Assembly: GCA_965261475.1 (NCBI GenBank)
Contig: OZ253454.1
Coordinates: 735,813 to 799,812, forward strand
Origin: a bacterium
Lineage (GTDB): Bacteria; SAR324; XYD2-FULL-50-16; G965216635
Reading direction: 5' to 3'
Length of the DNA: 64,000 nucleotides
The position numbers and the translations under genes are program-made. This document shows positions 1 through 10,201 of this stretch, in pieces. A model generated the notes under the pieces. It was not told where the DNA came from, did no database searches, and was given only the letters and a program-made list of their open reading frames with translations. How positions within the stretch are numbered: position 1 is the stretch's first letter; each line of letters opens with the position of its first letter.

Positions 1-1403
1 ATAATAAACAGGCTGTGTTTCACTTAAATTTTAGAAGACACCCATTTAGCAACGGTTATATAATTTTTTGTGGTGTAAAAGAAATTATAGAAATTATAGA
101 AAATTATAAATTTGAACAAAATGATTTAAATTATCTAGCCAATGTAAAAACAAAAAATAAACAAAATATATTTGCTAAAGAATTTATATCTTTCTTAAAA
201 ACATTTTCTTTTAAATGCAGTATTTATTCTTTTCTAGAAGGAAGCATTGCCTTTGCTAGTGAGCCTGTAATGCGAATAAAAGGTACTTTACTAGAGTGTC
301 AATTATTAGAAAGTATTCTACTCAATACTATCAATTTTCAAAGTTTGATTGCTACTAAAGCTTCGAGAATATTTAATGCTGCCAAAGGTAAACCTATTTT
401 AGAATTTGGATTACGGAGAGCGCAAGGCAAAGATGGTGCTCTTGCTGCTTCTAGAGCTGCCTACATAGGAGGATGCTCTGCTACTAGCAATGTGTTAGCT
501 GGTAAAACTTACGCTATTCCTGTAGTTGGTACCCACTCACACAGCTGGGTGATGAGTTTTGACTCAGAAAAAGAAGCCTTTAAACAATATGTTTTAACCG
601 CTCCGCAAAATTGTAGTTTACTAATAGATACCTACTCTGCTACACAAGGAATAACAAATGCTATTTGTGTAGTTAAAAAATATTTAACAAACGCTAAAAA
701 CAATTTTTTTGCAGTTAGAATAGATTCTGGAGATATTACTTATTTTAGTAAAATAATTCGTCAAAAACTAGATAAAGCAGGTTTTATAAATACTAAAATT
801 ATTGCTAGTAATGCCTTAGATGAGCATATTATCACCTCACTAAATGAACAAGATGCAAAAATAGATATTTGGGCAGTTGGCACTAAATTAGTTACAGCGA
901 AAGATGATTCTGCTATGAATGGTGTCTATAAACTCTCTGCAATCAAAGAAAAAGATTGGAATTATTGTATCAAAATCTCCGAAGATATAGAAAAAATTAA
1001 CGATCCTGGAATATTGCAAGTAGCTAGGTTTTATAAAAAAAATAATTCACCTCCCAAACAAGATTTGTTTATAGGTGATATAATTTTTAACGAATTGACA
1101 TTCAATCTTTCGCAAGGAGATACTGTAATGATTAACCCAGCTAATTCATTGCAACAAAAAACTTTTTCTCAAAAAACAATTTCTCAATTATTACTCAAAG
1201 AAGTGATGAAAAATGGAAAAATTTGTGATAGTTTGCCGAGTATTCACGAAACTAGACAATATGTGCTTTCGCAATTAAATCAACTAGATCACTCCATCAA
1301 AAGATTATTTAACCCGCACACCTACCACGTAGGACTAGAAAAAAGTTTATTTGACTTAAAAAAACAACTTATTTCTGCAAAGAAAAATCAACATAATAGT
1401 TGA
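1..1403 (+). CDS. pncB: Nicotinate phosphoribosyltransferase (NAPRTase, ~490-aa family), 5'-partial; the ORF is open to the window edge
   Basis: Motifs LEFGLRRAQGKDGALAASRAAYIGGCSATSNVLAG and GTHSHSW align to the human/bacterial NAPRT family. The reading frame has no stop back to position 1, so about 40 N-terminal residues lie outside the window. Confidence 0.8.
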   Translation, partial: NKQAVFHLNFRRHPFSNGYIIFCGVKEIIEIIENYKFEQNDLNYLANVKTKNKQNIFAKEFISFLKTFSFKCSIYSFLEGSIAFASEPVMRIKGTLLECQLLESILLNTINFQSLIATKASRIFNAAKGKPILEFGLRRAQGKDGALAASRAAYIGGCSATSNVLAGKTYAIPVVGTHSHSWVMSFDSEKEAFKQYVLTAPQNCSLLIDTYSATQGITNAICVVKKYLTNAKNNFFAVRIDSGDITYFSKIIRQKLDKAGFINTKIIASNALDEHIITSLNEQDAKIDIWAVGTKLVTAKDDSAMNGVYKLSAIKEKDWNYCIKISEDIEKINDPGILQVARFYKKNNSPPKQDLFIGDIIFNELTFNLSQGDTVMINPANSLQQKTFSQKTISQLLLKEVMKNGKICDSLPSIHETRQYVLSQLNQLDHSIKRLFNPHTYHVGLEKSLFDLKKQLISAKKNQHNS

Positions 1404-1433
1404 AGTTATTGGTTACGAAAACGGCTATAATGT

Positions 1434-2285
1434 TTATAATGATTCTAACCTAGGGTTAGCTAAAACTCCTACAATCTTCATTTGTATAGCGTTTCCTTTT
1501 AAATAGGGTTTAATATAATCTCTAATTATTGGATTTAATTGCTCTGTACTTTGAAGTATTCCAGAAACTTTAAAAGAAATTTTTGATTGAAAAAAATTTT
1601 TTTTCCTAGCGATAATTCCGGTTATATTGCCCTGAAAAATACCTTGAGATTTAACTTTAATATTCATATTATTAGCTGAGCTATTTACTTGGATCTCTAA
1701 GTTATCAAAAACAATATTTTTTGGCAGGAAACTTTGTATCCATAGGGGTTTAATTTGTTTGTTATCGAGTATGAATTGCTTTGCTAGTAGTCTAGCAGAT
1801 ATTTGTAAATCTTGAGCTATAGTATATTGAGCTGTTAAAGTATAAAAAGGATTGCCGTCAACTCTAATATAATCGCTTACAATAGGAAGTTTATTCCAAG
1901 CAAAATCAGAGTTAATACTCATATTGCCTGCAGATGCTAAAATAGGGTAATTAAGCAATATATTACCTCCATCAAGTTGTAAGACAAGAGGAAGTCTTTG
2001 CAATAAAAGAACTTGAAGCGAACAAAAATTAATTTTAACTTTTTCTATAAAAATTTTTCCTTTCTTTAATTGAGATAACTCAATACTACACCATTTTTTT
2101 TGGATCTCTCCTATAGCTACAAAATCTTGATCAATAATAAATTCTTTAATTGCTTTATCAGATAACGAAAACCAGAAAGAATAAAAAAAGATTAACAAAA
2201 CTATTGAGCAAAGAAAAATATTTTTTCCTATTGCGCGAATCCATTTCATTTTTTTAAATATACGAAATAATCTTGTTGGTTTCAT
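1434..2285 (-). CDS. Hypothetical membrane-anchored protein with a single N-terminal TM; GspN-like by position and topology
   Basis: TM helix at residues ~23-43 followed by ~240 aa periplasmic. Last gene of a three-gene minus-strand unit with the 181-aa and 478-aa proteins, matching gspL-gspM-gspN order. Confidence 0.3.
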   Translation of the reverse strand: MKPTRLFRIFKKMKWIRAIGKNIFLCSIVLLIFFYSFWFSLSDKAIKEFIIDQDFVAIGEIQKKWCSIELSQLKKGKIFIEKVKINFCSLQVLLLQRLPLVLQLDGGNILLNYPILASAGNMSINSDFAWNKLPIVSDYIRVDGNPFYTLTAQYTIAQDLQISARLLAKQFILDNKQIKPLWIQSFLPKNIVFDNLEIQVNSSANNMNIKVKSQGIFQGNITGIIARKKNFFQSKISFKVSGILQSTEQLNPIIRDYIKPYLKGNAIQMKIVGVLANPRLESL

Positions 2286-2289
2286 AATC

Positions 2290-2835
2290 TTAATTAAGCC
2301 CTAAAATTTCTAAGGAAACTGTTAGTTTGTTTGCTACTTTAAAATCTACTTTGATTTTTTCTATAATCAAAGTTGGAAAAGCATTTTCTAATTCAAAAAC
2401 TAGTTTTATAAATTGTTTGTTCGTAATATCTTTAACAGAAAGTAATATTTTACTCTCTGTTTGATTGATCAGAATTGTTTCAAAATTACTATTTGTAATA
2501 TTTGTTTTTTCTAAAACCCTTTGAATATTTGCTTCTATTTTAGGGTATGTGATATAAATTTCTTTTTGTAAATTTTGAACTTCATGCTTTCTGGATTCTA
2601 AGTATTCTATAGTTTCTTGAAGTTTAGCGGTTTGTTGTTGGGCTCGCCAATAAAGAGTGGCAAAATTAGCAACAACAAGGGTCATCACAACCAATAATAA
2701 TAAAATTAAACTAATTTTTTTGATATTTTTTTGTAAAAAATTTTTAAAATTAATTTGAGAATATATTTTTTTATTTGATTGCAGGTTTTTTTTAAAAAAA
2801 ATTAAGTTTTTTATAGTTATAAACTTGAGTTTCAT
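2290..2835 (-). CDS. Bitopic inner-membrane protein, GspM/PilO-like (short cytoplasmic N-terminus, TM, coiled coil)
   Basis: TM helix at residues ~41-62 (SLILLLLVVMTLVVANFATLYW) followed by a coiled-coil-prone region. Overlaps the upstream gene by 4 nt. Confidence 0.3.
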   Translation of the reverse strand: MKLKFITIKNLIFFKKNLQSNKKIYSQINFKNFLQKNIKKISLILLLLVVMTLVVANFATLYWRAQQQTAKLQETIEYLESRKHEVQNLQKEIYITYPKIEANIQRVLEKTNITNSNFETILINQTESKILLSVKDITNKQFIKLVFELENAFPTLIIEKIKVDFKVANKLTVSLEILGLN

Positions 2836-4268
2836 TTTTGTTGCATTTCTAATACAAAAGCGTTTTGTTTATTTTTTACATTTTTTATAGATAAAAATAA
2901 AAATTTTTGAGCAAATAATTTTTGTATTTGTGAGCGAATTTTGTTATCGCCAACAGCTGTAAATTTTATTTTTTGTGATTGTAGCTCTAGCTGGGTAATT
3001 TGGAAGTTATTGATATTTCTTTTTACTCTAGCTATTTCTAATAGTAAATTAGAGATAGGATAATTTTTATTTAAGTAGCTTTTTTGCACTTCTTTTAATT
3101 TTTTCCATTCCTTAATTTTTTCGGACAAACTTCTTTTTATTAAATTAGGTGTAATTGTTTCTTGTAGCAAATAGCTATTTAAATAACCATGGTATTTTTT
3201 AGTTAAATTTTGATTTTTTTGATCAATTCTTTTGTATTCTAGAGTTAATAAAGCGCTACAAAAAAAGACAATTCCTATAGATAAAACATAAAATCTAATC
3301 TTGAGTAGAGCAGAATTTTGAAATAAGAATTGCTGATAAGATAATTTTTGCTTTAGAAAGTTAATGCTTTGTTGCCAATTATTAAAGTTCCATTGAAATT
3401 GACTTGGATAAAGATTTAAATATCTGTTTTGTAATTTAAGAGTTTGATTTTGTTGTAATAATTCTTGATGTGTATGGCTGATATTTTTGATAGAAAGACT
3501 AGGTAAATCTTTACTTATATCTAGGGAGACATATTGTTTTTCTTTCTTCAAAAGAATTTTAAAATTTTTCTCTTTCAGCAAGAAAATTCTATTGACTAAA
3601 GACAAAAAAGAATTCCAAAATTTTTGATCTACTTTGTTGTTTTTGATAGGCAAGGTATAAATGTTACACAAACCTAAATTGTCATAAACAAAAAGATTGG
3701 CGTAAGATGTGCTCAAAGCAATAGTTAAAACTGAATTTATTTTTTTTTTAGCTAGAATAAGCATTTGATGAGCTTCTTGCTCTAACCAATGTGTATAAGG
3801 CTCAATGGATTGTAAATTTAGTTTTTTGCTAGCAAATAAAGCAGCAACTACCGTTAATATTTGCTTTTCCATACTATAAACTATAGCTCTATTTTTTTTA
3901 GTCTTTTTGTTCTTTAATAAATAAAAACTATGTTGTAGATGAATATTTTCTCTCCAATATTTTTTTTGTATTTCAAAAGGAATAATTTTAGTTAATTTTT
4001 TTTTACTTAACCAAGGTGTATTTAGCAAAGTTGTTTTAGTCCAAGGATGATCAAAGAGTAAAACAATCTTGTCTTTTTCTTTAAATTCTGCCTTTTTTAT
4101 AAAATTTTGTATGATTTGCGTTAGATATTTTTGATAAATTGTAAACTGATCAAGAAGTTTATCGTCTTTTTTTAGAACTATAAGATCTGATAAAATAAAT
4201 ATTTTTGTTTCTTGCTTGGTAAAAATATAAATAAATTTTTTTTGGACTAGAATATATTTTGTGTGCAT
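2832..4268 (-). CDS. GspL-like (or fused PilM/PilN-like) assembly-platform protein: ~325-aa cytoplasmic domain, one TM, ~130-aa periplasmic domain
   Basis: Single internal TM (FYVLSIGIVFFCSALLTLEY) at ~residue 330, then a coiled-coil periplasmic segment. Topology and size match GspL. Assignment is by architecture only. Confidence 0.3.
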   Translation of the reverse strand: MHTKYILVQKKFIYIFTKQETKIFILSDLIVLKKDDKLLDQFTIYQKYLTQIIQNFIKKAEFKEKDKIVLLFDHPWTKTTLLNTPWLSKKKLTKIIPFEIQKKYWRENIHLQHSFYLLKNKKTKKNRAIVYSMEKQILTVVAALFASKKLNLQSIEPYTHWLEQEAHQMLILAKKKINSVLTIALSTSYANLFVYDNLGLCNIYTLPIKNNKVDQKFWNSFLSLVNRIFLLKEKNFKILLKKEKQYVSLDISKDLPSLSIKNISHTHQELLQQNQTLKLQNRYLNLYPSQFQWNFNNWQQSINFLKQKLSYQQFLFQNSALLKIRFYVLSIGIVFFCSALLTLEYKRIDQKNQNLTKKYHGYLNSYLLQETITPNLIKRSLSEKIKEWKKLKEVQKSYLNKNYPISNLLLEIARVKRNINNFQITQLELQSQKIKFTAVGDNKIRSQIQKLFAQKFLFLSIKNVKNKQNAFVLEMQQK

Positions 4269-4340
4269 TTTACAATAAGTGACTAACTTTTATAAACGAA
4301 GAGTTGGTAATTAAGCGGGCTACAACTAACAGATAAATAG

Positions 4341-5303
4341 TTAAAAATTTATAATATACTTAGTACCTATTTTTTGATAGGCATCGTATCTTTCTTGTAA
4401 TAAATTTTTTGTGCTCTTATTTTTGAGTTTATTATAGTTTTTTAAGATAGCATCTTTAATGTTTCTAGCGGATAAAGAATGATTTAAATGTGTACCACCC
4501 AAAGGCTCAGGAATAATCTCACTAATAATACCAAACTCAAGTAGATCACTCGCTATATAGCGTAAATTTTTTGCAACTTCCTTGACTTTATCTGCGCTCT
4601 TCCAAAGAATTGAAGAACAACCTTCTGGAGAAATCACAGAGTAAATAGAATGTTCCATCATTAAAACTATATCTGTCGCCGCTAGCGCTAAAGCTCCACC
4701 ACTACCTCCTTCTCCTAAAATAATAGAGATACTTGGTACTTCTATTTTACCTAATTCTAGTAGATTAGTTGCTATAGCTTCTGATTGATTGCGTTCTTCT
4801 GCACCAATTCCAGGATAAGCTCCTGGGGTATCAATAAAATTGACAATAGGAAGTTGAAATTTTTCTGCTAACTTCATAATTCTTAAAGCTTTTCTGTATC
4901 CTTCAGGACGAGGCATGCCAAAATTACGGTAAACATTTTCTTTGGTATTTTTTCCTTTTTGATGCCCTATAAAAATAAAAGGTAGGCTTTCTAACTTGCC
5001 AACACCCCCTATAATAGCTGTATCATCTGCAAAGTGTCTATCTCCATGTAATTCTAAAAAATCAACCACGTTGTTTTTAATAAAATCTAGAGTGCTAAAT
5101 CTATTTTGATGTCTTGCAATTTGAGTTTTTTGCCAAGCGCTCAAACTAGAGTAAGTTTTTTTCTTTAACCTGTCTAATTTAAGATATAAATTAGCAATAT
5201 CTTTACTCATATCCATTGCTACTTGCTCTTTACCAAGCTCTTCTAATTCTTCTATTTTTTTTGCAAGTTCTATGATAGGTTTCTCAAAATCTAAAATACT
5301 CAT
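4341..5303 (-). CDS. accA: Acetyl-CoA carboxylase carboxyltransferase alpha subunit
   Basis: N-terminal MSILDFEKPIIELAKKIEEL and the carboxyltransferase core (GGALA, RNFGMP) are typical of AccA. Confidence 0.9.
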   Translation of the reverse strand: MSILDFEKPIIELAKKIEELEELGKEQVAMDMSKDIANLYLKLDRLKKKTYSSLSAWQKTQIARHQNRFSTLDFIKNNVVDFLELHGDRHFADDTAIIGGVGKLESLPFIFIGHQKGKNTKENVYRNFGMPRPEGYRKALRIMKLAEKFQLPIVNFIDTPGAYPGIGAEERNQSEAIATNLLELGKIEVPSISIILGEGGSGGALALAATDIVLMMEHSIYSVISPEGCSSILWKSADKVKEVAKNLRYIASDLLEFGIISEIIPEPLGGTHLNHSLSARNIKDAILKNYNKLKNKSTKNLLQERYDAYQKIGTKYIINF

Positions 5304-5308
5304 TTCAT

Positions 5309-5950
5309 TTATTCTTGATAAAATTTAACTCCTCTTTGTATAGTATCTCTGCATTGTTTTTTTCTCCATTTATTTGTATCTCTTAGAGAATAAACGCAGC
5401 CACAATATTCTTGTTGATAAAATTTTTCTTTTTTAGAAATTTTTATCATTCTCTCAGAGCCTCCCTTTTTTCTCCAATTAAAAGTCCAATAAAATAAGTT
5501 ATCATAACGCAAGGCAGCTCTTAGACCGCAATCGTTAATTTGATTAAGATCTTTCCAACGAGAAATTCCTAAGGAGCTGCTAAACACAGTATAACCTTTT
5601 TCGTAGGCATACAGCGCAGTTCTTTCAAACCTCATATCAAAACATAAGGTGCATCTTAATCCTCTCTCTGGCTCATTTTCTAAACCTTTGATTCGAGCAA
5701 ACCAATTATCTTTATCATAATCAGCATCAACAAAATTTATGCCAACTTTTTCACAAAATCTTTTATTTTCGTATTTTCGTATTTCGTATTCTTTTCTTGG
5801 GTGTATATTAGGATTGTAAAAAAAAACTTCTAGCTTTAATTTAGAAGTTAAAATTGCCTCTATAACTTCACAAGAGCAAGGAGCACAGCAAGAATGTAGC
5901 AAAACTTCTTTGGATTTATTAGGAGTTATTAAAATCTTTCTGTCTGACAT
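5309..5950 (-). CDS. queH: Epoxyqueuosine reductase QueH (DUF208)
   Basis: N-terminal [10 protein letters not shown] cysteine cluster and C-terminal YCGCVYS motif are characteristic of QueH. Contains a tandem TTTTCGTA x3 repeat (5766-5788) encoding EYEIRKYE. Confidence 0.6.
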   Translation of the reverse strand: MSDRKILITPNKSKEVLLHSCCAPCSCEVIEAILTSKLKLEVFFYNPNIHPRKEYEIRKYENKRFCEKVGINFVDADYDKDNWFARIKGLENEPERGLRCTLCFDMRFERTALYAYEKGYTVFSSSLGISRWKDLNQINDCGLRAALRYDNLFYWTFNWRKKGGSERMIKISKKEKFYQQEYCGCVYSLRDTNKWRKKQCRDTIQRGVKFYQE

Positions 5951-5962
5951 TAAAAATCAAAT

Positions 5963-6631
5963 TTATTGAGGATAATTAAAATTTTCTAAAATTTCTGCTT
6001 GTACGCTTTCAACTCTGTAGTCCTTTTTAATTCTAGCTATAGTAGAGTTTATTGCCATTACATCTACTTTAACAATCACTAATTTATTAAGCCCACCAAA
6101 TTGATGTGTTTTTAATAAATTATAATCTTGTACTAACTCATCTCTTTGAGAAAAATTTTTCATTTTTATTAAAAGCGAACCAGTTACAATTGCTAATTTA
6201 TTGGTTCTTTCGTTCCAAGCGACAAAGAATTCTTTGGTCTTTGATACAGAATAGTTTGGTGTGCTAGATTGGTTGGCGACTTGTGCTTTAAGTTTGTTTT
6301 GAGCTAACATTTTCGAGGAAACATTGTTTTTAGATGTTTGATAAAATTGAAAGTTTCCTTTATTTATCAATAATTTTTCATTACTACCTAGAGGTTGAAG
6401 TTGATTGTTGCTGCTAGATTGAGCAAGTACATTTAATAAAAGATAATAATTTTCGTTTTTATTTGCTATTTTTTCACCCATTACAAGGTGCTCTTTTATA
6501 AAATTTTTGTAATTAGATAATTTCTTTTCATTTTGTGCTAAGAGGGTAAAAACGCCAAAAAAATAAAGTAGTACCAACCAACATTTTTTATATTCCACAA
6601 TTGTTATATTATATAAAATCAAGTTAAACAC
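5963..6631 (-). CDS. Hypothetical exported/membrane-anchored protein with an N/Q/S-rich region
   Basis: N-terminal hydrophobic segment (WLVLLYFFGVFTLLA) and no recognisable catalytic motif. Confidence 0.4.
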   Translation of the reverse strand: MFNLILYNITIVEYKKCWLVLLYFFGVFTLLAQNEKKLSNYKNFIKEHLVMGEKIANKNENYYLLLNVLAQSSSNNQLQPLGSNEKLLINKGNFQFYQTSKNNVSSKMLAQNKLKAQVANQSSTPNYSVSKTKEFFVAWNERTNKLAIVTGSLLIKMKNFSQRDELVQDYNLLKTHQFGGLNKLVIVKVDVMAINSTIARIKKDYRVESVQAEILENFNYPQ

Positions 6632-6829
6632 GCACTGTCAGCTATTGCTATATTAGTATATAACTTCTGTAAGACTTTGCTCTAATTTTTTTAGATAGCA
6701 ACTAAAAGCTAAAAAATTCTAATCCATTTAGGCTTATCAAATTCTAATGTTTTTGTCTAGGATAATTGTGTTATGTGATAATTTTTAATTAGTTTAAGAA
6801 AAAGAATATTTTTTAAAACAAATTTAGTC

Positions 6830-7756
6830 TCATTGCTTTTTTGATAGTAGGCAAAATAATGCCATTCTAATATAGAGTCCATTTTTTGCTTGTTCAAAAT
6901 ATTTTGCTCTAGGATCTTGATCTACTTCTTGGCTGATCTCATCTATCCTAGGAAGCGGATGTAAAATAAGCGCTTTATGATTTAAAAACTTTAAATTATT
7001 TTTATCTAAAATCACCTTTCCTTTAGCTTCTAGATATTCTGTATCAAGGGCAAACCTCTCTTTTTGAATACGAGTCATATAACAAATATCTATATTTGGC
7101 AAAACAGAATCTAGTTCTGCTACCTCACAAAAAGCAATTTTTCTTTTTTTTAAATCTTGTTTGAGATTTGGGTTAATTCTAGAGTTTGCAGGGCTCACAA
7201 AAAAGAAGTAATTATTTTGAAATTTACTCAACAAAGAAACTAAAGAATTACATGTTCTACCTCTCAATAAATCACCAACTACTGCTATTTTTAAATTACT
7301 CAAAGTAGGAAAATAAGATTTGATGGTAAAAATGTCTAGTAGTGTTTGTGTAGGGTGATAGTTTTGACCTGAGCCTGCGTTAATTATAGGAATATCTGTA
7401 AGTTTAGTAATAGCAGAAAAGTCATCTTTGTAATGTCTCAGCACAATAAAATCTGCGTATTCGGCAACTATTCTAATGGTGTCTTCTAAAATTTCTCCCT
7501 TAGCAGCAGAAGAAAAATGGGTGGCATTTTCTGTAGTAATACAGTTTCCCCCTAAACGAAACATAGCACTTTCAAAAGACAGTCTTGTTCTTGTAGATGC
7601 TTCATAAAAAAGCATCGCACAGATTTTATCTTTACAAATTTTAGAAAATTTTTCTGGATTTAGTTTAATTTCTTTTGTCTTAGTAAAGAGTTCTTCTAAA
7701 AATATTAGATCAAACTGTTGTGAGCGAATAATATGCTGATAAGGATTAATTTCCAT
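6830..7756 (-). CDS. pyrB: Aspartate carbamoyltransferase catalytic subunit
   Basis: STRTR carbamoyl-phosphate motif and HPLPR motif. Confidence 0.9.
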   Translation of the reverse strand: MEINPYQHIIRSQQFDLIFLEELFTKTKEIKLNPEKFSKICKDKICAMLFYEASTRTRLSFESAMFRLGGNCITTENATHFSSAAKGEILEDTIRIVAEYADFIVLRHYKDDFSAITKLTDIPIINAGSGQNYHPTQTLLDIFTIKSYFPTLSNLKIAVVGDLLRGRTCNSLVSLLSKFQNNYFFFVSPANSRINPNLKQDLKKRKIAFCEVAELDSVLPNIDICYMTRIQKERFALDTEYLEAKGKVILDKNNLKFLNHKALILHPLPRIDEISQEVDQDPRAKYFEQAKNGLYIRMALFCLLSKKQ

Positions 7757-8744
7757 TTTGTAAATTTCTAACCAATTTTGGTCCTTGATAAATAAACGCT
7801 GTATAAACTTGAAACTCTAGAATTCCAAAAAGTTTTTTATATTTTGATAGTTGTTTATGCTGCGAAATTCCACCACAAGCAATAATTTGCCAATTTTGAT
7901 TTTTATATTTTTTTTGAATTTCTTGCCACAGGTTTTTAACAAGTTGGTAAGATTGATTAAAAAGTAGCTCACCACTTAAACTTCCCTTCCAATGTGGGTG
8001 TGGTTGATAACCATGCTTAAGAGAGCCATTGCCTGCCACAAAGCCTGTAACTTCGTACTGAGAGCAGATTTGTAAAAACCTCTTTAAATCTAGCGGTTGC
8101 CACTGAGGTGAAATTTTAAAAAATAACTCTTTAGCATATTTGTTTTGTGAAGTTTTCTCTACAATCTCTCTAATAATTCTCCAAGAATTTTGTTCTTTGG
8201 TGTTGGGGCAAGAAATGTTGATTTCCCATCTATCACCAAAATCTTGCAATATTTTGATAGATTCTAGTATAGATAAACAAGGATTATTGCTGTGAGGTAA
8301 AGCAGCAATATTGATGGTTATGGGTAATTTTAACTTCCACTTAGCTAGTTTTTTAGCAAGTACTGCTGCTCCCACATTAGGTAAACCTAGCCAATTTAGC
8401 ATAGACTTCTCAAAGAGCAATCTTTTTATGTTAATAGATGTTTGATTGCCTTCATAAGCTTTTGAGGTCACAGAGCCTAAAACTATACGATTAAAACCTA
8501 AAAACTCAAAAAAATCGTTCCCTATTTTACCATCTTTATTCCATCCTGCCGCATTAGATAACAAAAAATTTTGCTCTATGCTGTTGTCTTGTAAGCAAAA
8601 CTTGGTAATGCCAAAAAAACTCATTTTTTTTGCCCATAACGTTAGCAGTTTATGCGATAGTTTGCCCTTTTTATCTAGTAAAAAGAATAAATTTATACTA
8701 CAAGGGTAAACGAAGTTTTCTATCGTTTTTCTAATTATCTTCAC
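7746..8744 (-). CDS. pyrD: Dihydroorotate dehydrogenase
   Basis: LGLPNVG and INISCPNT motifs (compare the DHODH NISSPNT motif). Overlaps pyrB by 11 nt. Confidence 0.75.
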   Translation of the reverse strand: MKIIRKTIENFVYPCSINLFFLLDKKGKLSHKLLTLWAKKMSFFGITKFCLQDNSIEQNFLLSNAAGWNKDGKIGNDFFEFLGFNRIVLGSVTSKAYEGNQTSINIKRLLFEKSMLNWLGLPNVGAAVLAKKLAKWKLKLPITINIAALPHSNNPCLSILESIKILQDFGDRWEINISCPNTKEQNSWRIIREIVEKTSQNKYAKELFFKISPQWQPLDLKRFLQICSQYEVTGFVAGNGSLKHGYQPHPHWKGSLSGELLFNQSYQLVKNLWQEIQKKYKNQNWQIIACGGISQHKQLSKYKKLFGILEFQVYTAFIYQGPKLVRNLQNGN

Positions 8745-10177
8745 TAGATTTTGATTTTAATAGGCGTTTTTCTTGTATCAAAACAAACTCCATTGACAAC
8801 TGTCATTAAATTTTGACCTCTTAAATCACCCCTAGCGCATAAACTAGAATGATACTCTGGATCTTTGAGCCAATTTGCCATTATTTTCTCTAAAACTTGC
8901 GATCTAGAGTTAGGTTCAAATATTCTTAAGTTTGCCATATTTCCCGTTTTTATAGAGCCTATTGGGTATAAAAAATTTTGATATTCTTTCATATACTTTA
9001 GTAAATGTTTCTGTGGGTTATAGCTTGCTAATCTATCAATTTCTAAAAACGAAAACCCCCATTTATCTACTAAGTTTTGCAAAATAACTCCATAAAATTC
9101 TAAGCAACGAGTACCCGGTGATGATGGTAATTTGTTTTTCCAAGTTTTAGCTTCTTTAGTATGTGGTGCGTGGTCAGAGCCTATCCAAATTCTATCATTT
9201 TGAGTATTTTTTTTTAACAAGTTTATTAAATATTTTTGCTCTTCAAAACTAGTATGTGCTGGTCTACGATAGTTCATCCATCTAGTAGGGTTATTAATTT
9301 TTTGTTCGCTGTTATTAACCAAATAGTCTAGTCCTATTTCTAATTCTACATTAAGATATCCTGCTAACTGAAACTCTAACATTTGCTTTAGAGCAGAGCC
9401 ACTCGGTATATGTAATGCCACCAAAGTTGCTAATTCGTATTTTTTTGCCAATTTATATACTGTTGCTTGCTCTTTCAAAACTAAATCTGGAGTATAATAC
9501 AAATCGTGTAACAGAGCCTCAGGTTTTGTTTTTTGTCTTATTAAAAATTCTGCTATGCTTTCTTTTCTTGCTCTGTCATTGTGAAATCTGATAGCAGAGC
9601 CTCTATGTTTTTGATAAAGTTGCTCTCTTTGCTCAGTAGAAAATCCGCTAGAACCAAAGGTACTGCCAAAATCTTTAGCACATTGTTTAGTTATTTTTTT
9701 GACTGATGGGTGTGCGTAATGCCATAAATGAAAATAAAGAGGGTGATTGCTGTGAGCTAGTTTATAGCTTTGATACTGTTTGATTGTTTTTTTCCAAATT
9801 TTTTTTGTAATTGCTGGAAAAGCAGTATTACTCATAGCTCCTACAAGCCAAACACCTCCTTTTAAAGCCGCTAAAATTCCTTTTTCTACTGTGTAATTAC
9901 CTCTTTCTTGTGTAATATGATGCAATGTATCTGGATAACTTGTGCTAATCAATCCTTGCTCCCAAAACTCAGCCCATTCTTGCTTGGTAGGTAAATAACT
10001 TTCTCTAAAATGCACATGCGGGTCTGCAATTGCTGGTGCAATATGAGCTTCTCCAAAATCAAAATCGCACTCTCCTTTAAAACCTAATAACTCTAGAGGT
10101 AATTTTTCTCTAACTCTTATTCTTGCTGGCTTAATTTCAGTTAAAAAATGAACATGTTTGCTTTTGAGTATTGGCAT
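8744..10177 (-). CDS. pyrC: Dihydroorotase (long, cyclic-amidohydrolase type)
   Basis: DPHVHFRE metal-binding motif of the amidohydrolase/DHOase family. Positioned directly upstream of pyrD-pyrB. Confidence 0.65.
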   Translation of the reverse strand: MPILKSKHVHFLTEIKPARIRVREKLPLELLGFKGECDFDFGEAHIAPAIADPHVHFRESYLPTKQEWAEFWEQGLISTSYPDTLHHITQERGNYTVEKGILAALKGGVWLVGAMSNTAFPAITKKIWKKTIKQYQSYKLAHSNHPLYFHLWHYAHPSVKKITKQCAKDFGSTFGSSGFSTEQREQLYQKHRGSAIRFHNDRARKESIAEFLIRQKTKPEALLHDLYYTPDLVLKEQATVYKLAKKYELATLVALHIPSGSALKQMLEFQLAGYLNVELEIGLDYLVNNSEQKINNPTRWMNYRRPAHTSFEEQKYLINLLKKNTQNDRIWIGSDHAPHTKEAKTWKNKLPSSPGTRCLEFYGVILQNLVDKWGFSFLEIDRLASYNPQKHLLKYMKEYQNFLYPIGSIKTGNMANLRIFEPNSRSQVLEKIMANWLKDPEYHSSLCARGDLRGQNLMTVVNGVCFDTRKTPIKIKI

Positions 10178-10201
10178 AACTCCTTATAGTAAATAAAATA
10201 A

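Noticed and set aside
5766-5788. Tandem TTTTCGTA x3 repeat as a possible CRISPR or minisatellite
   Set aside because: Only three short units, and they lie inside the queH coding frame (encoding EYEIRKYE). No repeat-spacer architecture occurs anywhere in the window.
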